A stretch of DNA of 41,137 bases from Pseudomonadota bacterium. Its GTDB lineage: Bacteria > Bdellovibrionota_G > JALEGL01 > DATDPG01. The DNA lies in contig JAZDIZ010000003.1 of NCBI GenBank assembly GCA_043804515.1, positions 1-41,137 of the forward strand, written 5' to 3'. The position numbers and the translations under genes were made by a program. Shown here in pieces: positions 27,516-36,046 of this stretch (position 1 is the first letter of the stretch; each line of letters starts with the position of its first letter). The notes beneath the pieces are model-generated. The model was not told where the DNA came from, made no database searches, and saw nothing but the letters and a program-made list of their open reading frames with translations.

Positions 27516-28127
27516 ATGCACATTCGCACGTACTGGATCATCGGCGGTTTCTCCCTTCTGGGGCTTTTTTCGGTTCCGGCGTGGTCCGTTGATGGAGACA
27601 CCGACCAGCCGATGTTGAACCCTCCGCGGTCAACTGCGGAAAGAGCCCAACCCTGCATCCAGAGGATCTATCAAGAGCTAGGCATAGAGCGGGACGGGAC
27701 ATTTGATCTTACCGGTTCGCACGACATGGTGAGGTTGGACATCGCCACCGAACTCGCCGCCAGCAATTGCAAGAAAGCGACTCAGATCGTGCGCAAATAT
27801 CTTAAGGAAATCTCTGAAGCCGTTGACAAAAAGGACTCCACACGGGGGTTCAAAACGAATTTGGGAAAAATCCAAACCGTACGGATCGAAGACTGCTCCA
27901 TGCCTTGGCGCTTCTACACGATCGTAGCGGGGATGGGGCCCGTATCGTGGAGGAAGAACCATCGGGTTCTCGCTCTGTGCGTGTTTCGGGCGCCTTTGAA
28001 TCCATGGGCGGTCGACGTTGACAATGAGACAGCAGCTGTTGCCGATCAACTGCCATGGGTTCTGGAGGATGACATGACCACGGTAGGCACCAGCGCACCG
28101 TCGTCCAGGCCGATGGATGGACTATAA
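27516..28127 (+). CDS. Hypothetical secreted protein, tandem paralog 2
   Basis: 81 of the first 85 aa identical to 26515-27129; C-terminal half diverged. Confidence 0.8.
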   Translation: MHIRTYWIIGGFSLLGLFSVPAWSVDGDTDQPMLNPPRSTAERAQPCIQRIYQELGIERDGTFDLTGSHDMVRLDIATELAASNCKKATQIVRKYLKEISEAVDKKDSTRGFKTNLGKIQTVRIEDCSMPWRFYTIVAGMGPVSWRKNHRVLALCVFRAPLNPWAVDVDNETAAVADQLPWVLEDDMTTVGTSAPSSRPMDGL

Positions 28128-28150
28128 GTAAATCCGGCATTAAGGATCGC

Positions 28151-28190
28151 ACAAGAGAGCCCATCGGAAACCCGCTGGGCTCTTTGTTTT
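28151..28190. terminator. Intrinsic (probably bidirectional) terminator, copy 2
   Basis: AGAGCCCA...TGGGCTCT stem with T-run, between convergent genes. Confidence 0.65.
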
Positions 28191-31162
28191 TACGCCTCCG
28201 GCTTGCGGATCACGCCCTGGTTCGTTCTTCCGTTCATCTTCACCAGGAGAGGCCGGGCGAAATGAAGCAACCGGACGTGGCTGTCGTGGGCTACGGCCGG
28301 TTGGGTCGCCAGCCACTCCCAATCCACGAATCCCTCCCCAAGCTCGGGATTGACGGTGAAGTACCCCGCCTGAAACGATGTGAGATTCTGGAAGAAATGA
28401 CTTCCCTGCGACGGCGTGATCCGGATGTCGCGGAATCCCGCCTCCACGATGACCTTGGCGCCGCTGATCTGATCCCACGTTACGGGGATCCCCAGCCATG
28501 GATCGGCTGACCCCCAGCGCCCCACGCCGATCAAGAGATACGGCGCACCCCGCTCCGAAAGCTCCGCGTTGAACCTGGCCACGGCTTGAGCCGCCTCGCG
28601 GCTGAGCGCCCGGTCGAACCTATGGAAGTCCACGACGATGGCATCGCGCAGGTGATCCAGCTTCCCGTGGCCGAGCACTCTTTGGCTTTTGCAGAGAAGC
28701 AGTGCCGGGTCCACCTCCTCCACTTCCAGTTCCTCGGCCTCCTGCGACGGGACCATCGGCCTCATTTGAAGAACGCCGAAGTCGTGGATCTGGTCCGATG
28801 AAGCAGTGAGCTGCGCGGCGAATTCGATCTCGATCGGGCAATTCATTCCTTGCCTTCCGAACTCCAAAAGCCGGGTTAGGATCTGCGCAAGCGGGAACAT
28901 GCCGTGTTTCAGGACGGAAGCGAAGCTCACCAGGCGCACACCCGGGCGCGAAAGGCCGTCATAGACAGCGCGGTTCTCTTGAGAATATGTCGAACCGAGA
29001 GCGAATAACGTGCCGTCGGTTTCCGCGGTCTCCAGGTCGAAGAGTGTCTCGCGCATGGCCTGGCTGGAGCTCACGGCCGAAGAACGCTCCAGACCGAGCG
29101 CCCAAAACTGGCGCTGGGAGTTAGCTAGAATGTCCTCCACCGAGGAAAATTGGAGAAGGTTCTTCGGATACCGTGGGCAAAACGTCAGGCATTTCTCGCC
29201 TTCCACCACCGTGCGTCCCATGCCGAGTGCCACGGCAGCCACGCCGTCTTCCGATGTGGCGGGAGCCACGGGATAGAAATTGTGGGAGCGCGCCACCCCC
29301 GACAAGTCGGGATAGAAACGGGGGCCGTGCGGGCCGCCCACGACTCTTTGCACGATGACCGCCATCTTTTCCTCTTCGAGGCGATACGGCGTGGCGCGCA
29401 GGTAGCCCTTGGCACGGCGGCTGAACGTTGAGGCGTACACGCGCTTCACCGCCCGGACAAGCTGTTCCACGCGCGTCGAAAGGTCCGGATCACGATTCGC
29501 GAGCATGAACGTGTCGTAAACACCGGTGAAGGGCTGATACTGGGAATCCTCGAGCAGGCTGGAGGACCGCACCGCAAGGGGCCAGTGCACCGCTGCCAAA
29601 AATGCCTCGAGATGGGACACGACGTCCTGTGGGAGACGTGCGGCGGAAAACCGGCGCTGAATCTCTTCGTCGTCCGCGGCGTTGATGGCCCAGTCCAGAA
29701 GGTCGTTTTCCGAAAGGAAGCGGTCGAAGACGTCGGTGGCGAGCACAACCGACGGGGGAACACCGAGATGGACCCCGCGGAAATTATGATTCAGTTCGTG
29801 CAATCCGAGAAGACGGCGCACGAAGGCCAAGCCGCGGGCCTTGCCCCCCAGTGAGCCGGAGCCGATTCGGGTGAAGAAGGGCGCGGACGGATCGAAGTTG
29901 TGCCGATCGAAGTCGCCGACCAACAATTCCGCTTGCTCGTGCCGGTACTCCAAAAGGGAATCCGCCAGATTCCGGCGCAGGTGCTCGAACGTGGAGAAAT
30001 CCGAGACCTTTCGCGGTCTGAGCTTTCGTGCCAGCGCGAACTCCGTGCGCGCCGTCAACCAATTCGAAAAGTGATTCCGTTCCGCGTGGTACGCGATGCT
30101 CTCGGCCGGAACGGTGAGCAACTTCTCCTCGAGAGAGCGGAGATCGGAGGCACGATCCGTTTCCCGGCCGTCGGGTAGGCGGAAGACGAAGTCGCCGAAT
30201 GCGAAGTTTTCCACCATGAAGTGTCGTAAATCATGAAGCAGTGTCGGAGACCCTTTCCGTAGGAAAGCCGCCCCCTCGGAGGCGGCGCGCGCTTCGAGTT
30301 CGGGCTGGCCGGATTGAAGGAGGATCGGGAGGTCGGGAGACACCGAACGGATCATCCGAGCCAGCTCCAGTCCGGCGTGGGACGAGGCCTCTCGGTCCTT
30401 ACGGAATTCGACGTCGGAGATGACGCCGAGCATGTGATCGCGAAACGCGGTGAAACGCTCCCACGCTTCCTCGAATGACGTGCAGAGGAGGATCTTGGGG
30501 CGCGCGCGCATCCGGACCAGCTTGTGCGCGAGGTTCATCCCCTCGCTCATGAGGCGCTCCGATTGGCGGATCAGTTCCGCGTAGATGACCGGGAGAAACG
30601 AGGAATAGTAGCGAACGTCGTCCTCGACCAGGAGGATCACCCGAACACCGGTGGTCCGGGTGTCATGCTCGACGTTCCGAAGGTCCTCGATCGAATTGAC
30701 GATCGCCATCAAGATGCGGGGGCTCCCCTGCCAAAGAAAGCAACGGTCGATGTAGGAGGTGTCCTGGCGGGACATGAAGCGGCTCAGTTCCCGGTGGTCG
30801 TACGCGAGGAGCACGACGGGAACGTCGAGTCCTGCCGTTTTTACTTCCCGAGCGAGGCGGCTCGCATTCATGTCTCCGGGGTTCACCGTGGTCAGAATGA
30901 GATTGAACCGGCTCTCTTTCCGCGCGAGGAGGAGGGCCTCGGCGCCGCTCGAGACGTGCGTGATGCCCGGAGTGTGATGGAGGTGCAGTTCCAGCGCCTC
31001 GCTTACGATCAATTCGTTGAGCTGGCCGTCCTCCTGGAGCGTGAAGGAATCGTAAAGACTCGAGACCAGGAGGATGTCCTGCACCCGGTACGGCATGAGA
31101 TGCTGGAAGCCGAGGAACGGCCCGTTCTCCCCCGGCTCAGGCGTGTGCCTAGGATCGTTCAT
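28190..31162 (-). CDS. Receiver-like + PEP/pyruvate-binding (PPDK_N) domain protein
   Basis: ILLVEDD and GVISDV receiver-like segments; GSLGGKARGL, PLAVRSSSLLEDS, MAVIVQ, EIEFA, LQMRP. No phospho-His swivel or PEP-utiliser C-terminal barrel recognised. Confidence 0.88.
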   Translation of the reverse strand: MNDPRHTPEPGENGPFLGFQHLMPYRVQDILLVSSLYDSFTLQEDGQLNELIVSEALELHLHHTPGITHVSSGAEALLLARKESRFNLILTTVNPGDMNASRLAREVKTAGLDVPVVLLAYDHRELSRFMSRQDTSYIDRCFLWQGSPRILMAIVNSIEDLRNVEHDTRTTGVRVILLVEDDVRYYSSFLPVIYAELIRQSERLMSEGMNLAHKLVRMRARPKILLCTSFEEAWERFTAFRDHMLGVISDVEFRKDREASSHAGLELARMIRSVSPDLPILLQSGQPELEARAASEGAAFLRKGSPTLLHDLRHFMVENFAFGDFVFRLPDGRETDRASDLRSLEEKLLTVPAESIAYHAERNHFSNWLTARTEFALARKLRPRKVSDFSTFEHLRRNLADSLLEYRHEQAELLVGDFDRHNFDPSAPFFTRIGSGSLGGKARGLAFVRRLLGLHELNHNFRGVHLGVPPSVVLATDVFDRFLSENDLLDWAINAADDEEIQRRFSAARLPQDVVSHLEAFLAAVHWPLAVRSSSLLEDSQYQPFTGVYDTFMLANRDPDLSTRVEQLVRAVKRVYASTFSRRAKGYLRATPYRLEEEKMAVIVQRVVGGPHGPRFYPDLSGVARSHNFYPVAPATSEDGVAAVALGMGRTVVEGEKCLTFCPRYPKNLLQFSSVEDILANSQRQFWALGLERSSAVSSSQAMRETLFDLETAETDGTLFALGSTYSQENRAVYDGLSRPGVRLVSFASVLKHGMFPLAQILTRLLEFGRQGMNCPIEIEFAAQLTASSDQIHDFGVLQMRPMVPSQEAEELEVEEVDPALLLCKSQRVLGHGKLDHLRDAIVVDFHRFDRALSREAAQAVARFNAELSERGAPYLLIGVGRWGSADPWLGIPVTWDQISGAKVIVEAGFRDIRITPSQGSHFFQNLTSFQAGYFTVNPELGEGFVDWEWLATQPAVAHDSHVRLLHFARPLLVKMNGRTNQGVIRKPEA

Positions 31163-31188
31163 TTCGGCGGATCTACCCATAATACAAG

Positions 31189-31222
31189 AAGGCGCGGGAT
31201 GGAAGCCTCCATCCCGCGCCTT
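31189..31222 (-). terminator. Intrinsic terminator after gdhA
   Basis: AAGGCGCGGGATGGA-agcc-TCCATCCCGCGCCTT perfect 15-bp stem; T-rich tail on the minus strand. Confidence 0.8.
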
Positions 31223-31249
31223 TTGTTACATTCTTTGCGCTACTACGGT

Positions 31250-32617
31250 TTAGACCACGCCTTGGTCCATCATCGCATTGGCCACTTTCAGGAAGCCCGC
31301 GATGTTCGCGCCGTTCACAAGGTTTCCTGGCGTGCCGTACTTGTCGGCCGCCTCGCTCGAAGCCTTGTGGATGCTCTTCATGATCTGCTGGAGTTTTTGA
31401 TCCACCTCATTGCGTGTCCAGCTGTACCGCATGCTGTTCTGCGACATCTCCAGACCGGAGGTGGCCACGCCGCCGGCGTTGGCCGCCTTCGCGGGGCCGT
31501 ACATCAGCTTGGCCTCCAGGAAGATTTTCGCTCCTTCCAGCGTGGTCGGCATGTTCGCGCCTTCGGAAACCAGCTTCACGCCGTTGCGTACCATGTTGGC
31601 CGCGTCTTTCCCGTTGATCTCGTTCTGCGTTGCACTCGGGAAAGCGCAGTCGGCTTTGATGTTCCACAGCGGGTTGCTGTCGGCCTTCGGGTCCGTGGCC
31701 TTGTACGTGGCGCTCTTGAACTTCGTCGCGTATTCCTGCATGCGCCCGCGGCGGACGTTCTTGAGTTCCATGACGTACGCCAGTTTGTCTCGGCTGATCC
31801 CTTCCGGATCATGGATTATTCCATTCGAATCGGAAAGCGTGACCGGCTTGGCGCCCAGATCGAGGAGTTTCTCGACCGTGTACTGGGAAACGTTTCCGCT
31901 TCCGGACACCAGGCACGTCTTGCCTTCGAAGGTCTGCTTGTGCGCCGCCAGCATCTCGTTGGCGAAGTACACGCAGCCGTACCCCGTGGCTTCCGGCCGG
32001 ATCAGCGAGCCGCCCCAATTGAGGCCCTTGCCCGTCAATACGCCTGTGAACTCGTTCGCCAGCCTCTTGTACTGGCCGAACATGAAGCCGATCTCGCGGC
32101 CGCCCACGCCGATGTCGCCCGCAGGCACGTCCGTGTCGGGGCCGATGTGGCGCCACAGCTCGGTCATGAAGCTCTGGCAGAAGCGCATGACTTCGTTGTC
32201 GCTCTTTCCCTTCGGATCGAAGTCGGAGCCGCCCTTGCCGCCGCCCATCGGGAGCGTCGTCAGCGAGTTCTTGAATACCTGCTCGAACGCCAGGAACTTC
32301 AAGATGCCGAGGTTCACGGAGGGGTGGAAGCGGAGGCCGCCCTTGTAAGGGCCGATCGCGCTGTTCATCTCGATGCGGAACCCGCGGTTAACCTGAACGT
32401 TGCCTTGGTCATCCAACCACGGCACGCGGAACATGATTACGCGTTCCGGTTCAACGATGCGTTCGACGATCTTGGCCGCCCGATATTCGGGATGCCGGTC
32501 CAACACGAGGCTCAAGGACTCGACGACTTCCTGCACCGCCTGATGAAATTCAGGCTCCGCTGGATTCTTCGCCTTCACGTGGGCCATCAGACTGGTCACA
32601 TAATCCTTGGAAGACAT
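31250..32617 (-). CDS. gdhA: NADP-specific glutamate dehydrogenase
   Basis: GPYKGGLRFHPSVN, MGGGKGGSDFDPKG, DVPAGDIGVG, RPEATGYG, GSGNV, EGANMP, KAANAGGV. Confidence 0.97.
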   Translation of the reverse strand: MSSKDYVTSLMAHVKAKNPAEPEFHQAVQEVVESLSLVLDRHPEYRAAKIVERIVEPERVIMFRVPWLDDQGNVQVNRGFRIEMNSAIGPYKGGLRFHPSVNLGILKFLAFEQVFKNSLTTLPMGGGKGGSDFDPKGKSDNEVMRFCQSFMTELWRHIGPDTDVPAGDIGVGGREIGFMFGQYKRLANEFTGVLTGKGLNWGGSLIRPEATGYGCVYFANEMLAAHKQTFEGKTCLVSGSGNVSQYTVEKLLDLGAKPVTLSDSNGIIHDPEGISRDKLAYVMELKNVRRGRMQEYATKFKSATYKATDPKADSNPLWNIKADCAFPSATQNEINGKDAANMVRNGVKLVSEGANMPTTLEGAKIFLEAKLMYGPAKAANAGGVATSGLEMSQNSMRYSWTRNEVDQKLQQIMKSIHKASSEAADKYGTPGNLVNGANIAGFLKVANAMMDQGVV

Positions 32618-32731
32618 GGTGGGTAAAACTCCTTTCGATTCAATTGGTTATCCGCTTATGCGGACGATAGCGCCGGGCAATCTAGCGGGAAACATTTCAG
32701 GCGTCCAGCTTCTTATTACCAGTACGGGTCC

Positions 32732-32830
32732 AAATGGGGACACGTACCAATTAGGAAATTGCCAGCGAAATTGAGCACATGAACCAATTCAATTCCCTGG
32801 AGCCGCGAAATTCGTACGTGTCCCCAATTT
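32732..32830. repeat. ~100-bp element bounded by inverted repeats
   Basis: TGGGGACACGTAC (32735-32747) and GTACGTGTCCCCA (32814-32826) are perfect 13-bp arms, extended imperfectly by AATT; AT-richer interior. Confidence 0.65.
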
Positions 32831-32839
32831 TCGGGGTGT

Positions 32840-33484
32840 CTATTTGTTCTTTTTCGACGTGAACTGCTCGAGTTCGGTCTCGAGCATGGCGACGTGCTCT
32901 TCTTCTTCCGCCGCGAGTTCGCGGTAGATCTCTTTTTCAGGCCCCTCCGGCAGGTCCTGGGCTCTCTTTTGGAAATGATCGCGGGTCCGGATCTCCATCT
33001 CGATCGCCTTCTCGTACAGCGGCTCCACCTGCTCCGTGGGATTCCTGAAATCGATTCCTTTGAATAAATCGCGCGAGAGGAGGTCGTCGACACCGGGATT
33101 GAGCTGAAGGATCTCCTTCTCCATGTGCACGTGGTACTTCTCCTCGAGTTCCGCGATGTGATCCTGCTCTTTCAGGTACATCTGCTCGAAGATCGCCCGG
33201 ATCAGCGGACTTTTCGCCCGTTGCCAGCCCAGCCGGTAGAAATGATACGAATCAATCTCGAACTGAACGGCTTCTTCGATCGCCCTCATCGACTGCACGT
33301 CTTCCGCCTTGTACGCCTTGACCACCTCGATCTTCCCGGCGCAGAGGTAGCAGCGGCCGTACGGTACGGCGAAGCCGGTGGAGAGCTTTCCGCAGCTCTT
33401 GCACTTCCACGTGTAGCGCAGGGCCGCGCAGCAAATGGAGTCGTCTTCCAATTGCTGATGACATTTGGGGCATTCCGAGGCCAT
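32840..33484 (-). CDS. Rubrerythrin/ferritin-like diiron protein with N-terminal Cys-rich domain
   Basis: CPKC, CC, CKSC, CYLC; two E...ExxH units (EQDH, EEEH); 3 bp downstream of nfnAB. Confidence 0.85.
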   Translation of the reverse strand: MASECPKCHQQLEDDSICCAALRYTWKCKSCGKLSTGFAVPYGRCYLCAGKIEVVKAYKAEDVQSMRAIEEAVQFEIDSYHFYRLGWQRAKSPLIRAIFEQMYLKEQDHIAELEEKYHVHMEKEILQLNPGVDDLLSRDLFKGIDFRNPTEQVEPLYEKAIEMEIRTRDHFQKRAQDLPEGPEKEIYRELAAEEEEHVAMLETELEQFTSKKNK

Positions 33485-33487
33485 GGC

Positions 33488-35854
33488 TCACTCCTTGTTG
33501 ATTCCCATGTACTTGAGCATCGCGCGGGCGGCTCGCCGACCCGCCCCCATCGCGAGAATCACGGTAGCCGCGCCGGTCACGATGTCCCCTCCCGCATAAA
33601 CCCCCGGGAGGTTGGTTTGCCCGGTCGCTTCATCCGTGACGATGTATCCCCACTTGTTCGTGGCGAGTCCGGGCGTGGTTTGCGCGATCACGGGATTGGC
33701 CGTAGTTCCCAGGGCGCAGACCACGGTGTCGACGTCGATTTCGAATTCCGATCCGGGGATCGGCACGGGCCTCCGCCTTCCCGACTCGTCCGGCTCGCCC
33801 AATTCCATTTTCTGGCACGTCATGCCGCCCACCCAACCGTGTCCGTCGTCCCGGATGCGCACGGGGGCGGTCAGCCACCGGAACACGACGCCCTCCTGTA
33901 TGGCGTGCTCTAACTCCTCCACGCGAGCGGGGGATTCGGCCCGTGTGCGCCGGTAGACTACCTCGACCGATTCGGCTCCCATCCGGAGCGAGACGCGCGC
34001 GGCGTCCATCGCCGTGTTTCCCGCGCCCACCACGGCCACTCTCTTCCCCATTCCCACGGGTGTGTCGTAAAGAGGCTGGCGGAATCCCTGCATGAGGTTC
34101 ACGCGCGTCAGATATTCGTTGGCTGAAAAAACGCCGTTCAGCGATTCCCCGGGGATCTTCATGAAACTGGGGGAGCCGGCGCCGGTAGCCACGAAAACGG
34201 CCGAATAGCCCATCTCGTTCATCAGCTTGGGGATCGTGAAGAGTTTCCCGATGATCGTGTCCAGCTCGATCTTCACGCCGAGCTTCTTTAGGTTCTCGAT
34301 CTCGATGTCGATGATGTCGTTGGGAAGCCGAAACTCGGGGATGCCGTATTTCAATACCCCTCCCGAGACGTGCAGGGCCTCGAACACCGTGACGTCCACG
34401 CCCGCTTTGGCGAGATCCCCGGCGCAGGCGAGGCCCGCCGGGCCCGATCCGACGACGGCGGCCTTCTTGCCCACGGGCTTGGCTTTGGAAGTCTCCTCCC
34501 AGCCGCGCCCCACGGCAAAATCCGCTACAAACCGCTCCAGACGTCCGATCGCAACCGCCTCGAGCTTGATGCCGACAATACAAGCCACCTCGCATTGGGT
34601 CTCCTGCGGGCACACGCGGCCGCATACCGCGGGGAGTGTGTTCGCGTCCTTCAGGATCCGGTAGGACTCCTTGAGATCCTTGCGCCCGAGAGCGGCGATG
34701 AATCCGGGGATGTCGATCTCCACGGGACAGCCGGGTACGCACCTCGGCTTTTTGCATTGCAGGCACCGCTGGGCCTCGGAAACGGCCATGTCGAGGGAAT
34801 AGCCCAGATTCACCTCGTCGAAGTTGGCCCTGCGGATCTCGGCCGGTTGCTCGGGAACCGGCACTTTCTTGGGAGCCACGGTCCGGATCGTCCTGACGGG
34901 CACTTTGTCTTGGGGCTGCGGCTCCGGATCCGGCTGCGGGAGAGGGATCAGGCTTTGCGGCATGGCCCGGGTCCGTGACGGGGCGACTGCCGCGTCCTTT
35001 CCGCCGGGGCCGAGCGACGCAAGCATTTCGCTCTCCCTCTTGTACCTCTCCATGGCTTCGGCTTCCTGGCGTGCAAAGCGCTTTTGGCGGAGCATCAGCT
35101 CGTCGAAGTCCACGGCGTGCCCGTCGAAATCGGGGCCGTCCACGCAGGCGAACTTCATCTTGCCGCCCACGGTCACGCGGCACGAACCGCACATTCCGGT
35201 CCCGTCCACCATGATGGAATTGAGCGAGACCATCGTCTTGATGTTGAGGGGCCGGGAAACATGCGCGCACGCCTTCATCATCACGAGCGGCCCGATCGAG
35301 ACGATCAGCTTGGTGTCCGGATGTTTCTCGAGGACGGTCTTGAGGGCGTCCGTGACGATTCCCTTCGTCCCGTATGAGCCGTCGTCGGTCGTCACGACGA
35401 ATTCGTCACTGTAGGCCTTGAATTTGTCCTGCCAGAACATGAGGTCTTTGTTTCGAAAGCCGATGATCGAAACCGTGTAGTTGCCGGCTTCTTTGTTGGC
35501 GCGAAGCTGGGGAAATACGGGAGCCACGCCCAAACCGCCGCCCACCAGGACCACTTTCCCGACCTTGGGGGCTTCGCTGGCGACGCCGAGCGGGCCGATA
35601 AAATCCAGGATCGAAGAACCCTCTTTGAGGGCCATCATCTGGTGCGTCGTCTTGCCGACCGCTTGGATGACGACCGTGATGGTCCCTTTCTTTCGATCGA
35701 AATCGGCCACCGTGAGGGGGATCCGTTCGCCGGTCTCGTCGATCCGGACCATCAGGAAGTGCCCTGCCTGCGCAGCTGCCGCGACAAAGGGGGCTTCCAC
35801 CTCCCAAAGGAAGGTCACAGGCCCGAACTGCTCGCGCTTTACGATCCGGTACAT
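33488..35854 (-). CDS. nfnAB: Fused NfnA-NfnB (SudB-SudA) NADH-dependent ferredoxin:NADP+ oxidoreductase
   Basis: N-half ERIPLT, GPLG, GGGLG, MVDGTGMCGSCR...CVDGP (Asp/Cys [2Fe-2S]); Pro-rich linker; C-half RCLQC..CP, CGRVCPQE.QCE, GSGPAG, GAGNTAMD, YRR. Confidence 0.9.
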   Translation of the reverse strand: MYRIVKREQFGPVTFLWEVEAPFVAAAAQAGHFLMVRIDETGERIPLTVADFDRKKGTITVVIQAVGKTTHQMMALKEGSSILDFIGPLGVASEAPKVGKVVLVGGGLGVAPVFPQLRANKEAGNYTVSIIGFRNKDLMFWQDKFKAYSDEFVVTTDDGSYGTKGIVTDALKTVLEKHPDTKLIVSIGPLVMMKACAHVSRPLNIKTMVSLNSIMVDGTGMCGSCRVTVGGKMKFACVDGPDFDGHAVDFDELMLRQKRFARQEAEAMERYKRESEMLASLGPGGKDAAVAPSRTRAMPQSLIPLPQPDPEPQPQDKVPVRTIRTVAPKKVPVPEQPAEIRRANFDEVNLGYSLDMAVSEAQRCLQCKKPRCVPGCPVEIDIPGFIAALGRKDLKESYRILKDANTLPAVCGRVCPQETQCEVACIVGIKLEAVAIGRLERFVADFAVGRGWEETSKAKPVGKKAAVVGSGPAGLACAGDLAKAGVDVTVFEALHVSGGVLKYGIPEFRLPNDIIDIEIENLKKLGVKIELDTIIGKLFTIPKLMNEMGYSAVFVATGAGSPSFMKIPGESLNGVFSANEYLTRVNLMQGFRQPLYDTPVGMGKRVAVVGAGNTAMDAARVSLRMGAESVEVVYRRTRAESPARVEELEHAIQEGVVFRWLTAPVRIRDDGHGWVGGMTCQKMELGEPDESGRRRPVPIPGSEFEIDVDTVVCALGTTANPVIAQTTPGLATNKWGYIVTDEATGQTNLPGVYAGGDIVTGAATVILAMGAGRRAARAMLKYMGINKE

Positions 35855-36046
35855 ACGAAGGCGGAACTTATACAAGTTGGCGAAAAATAGGAATTTGACT
35901 CGACGCCGGCGGACCACAGAAGGCCCAGGACCAGCCAATTCACAAGGGCAACGACACATGACGCGCGCGCATCAAAAGTATCCACAGGGGTGGCAATGTG
36001 GTATGAAAATACCAGCAGCAGCCAACTGTACCTTGGGGAGGGGAAG

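Noticed and set aside
26160..28240. CRISPR array or integron cassette array
   Set aside because: Repeats are ~1 kb apart and gene-derived; no regular repeat-spacer period, no convincing attC structure, no cas or intI gene.
30524..32626. 700-aa plus-strand ORF
   Set aside because: Antisense shadow of gdhA and the PEP-binding gene, expected from strong codon bias in GC-rich DNA; no motifs.
33488..35854. Glutamate synthase small subunit (gltD)
   Set aside because: No gltB nearby, and the fused NfnA-type domain identifies it as Nfn/Sud.
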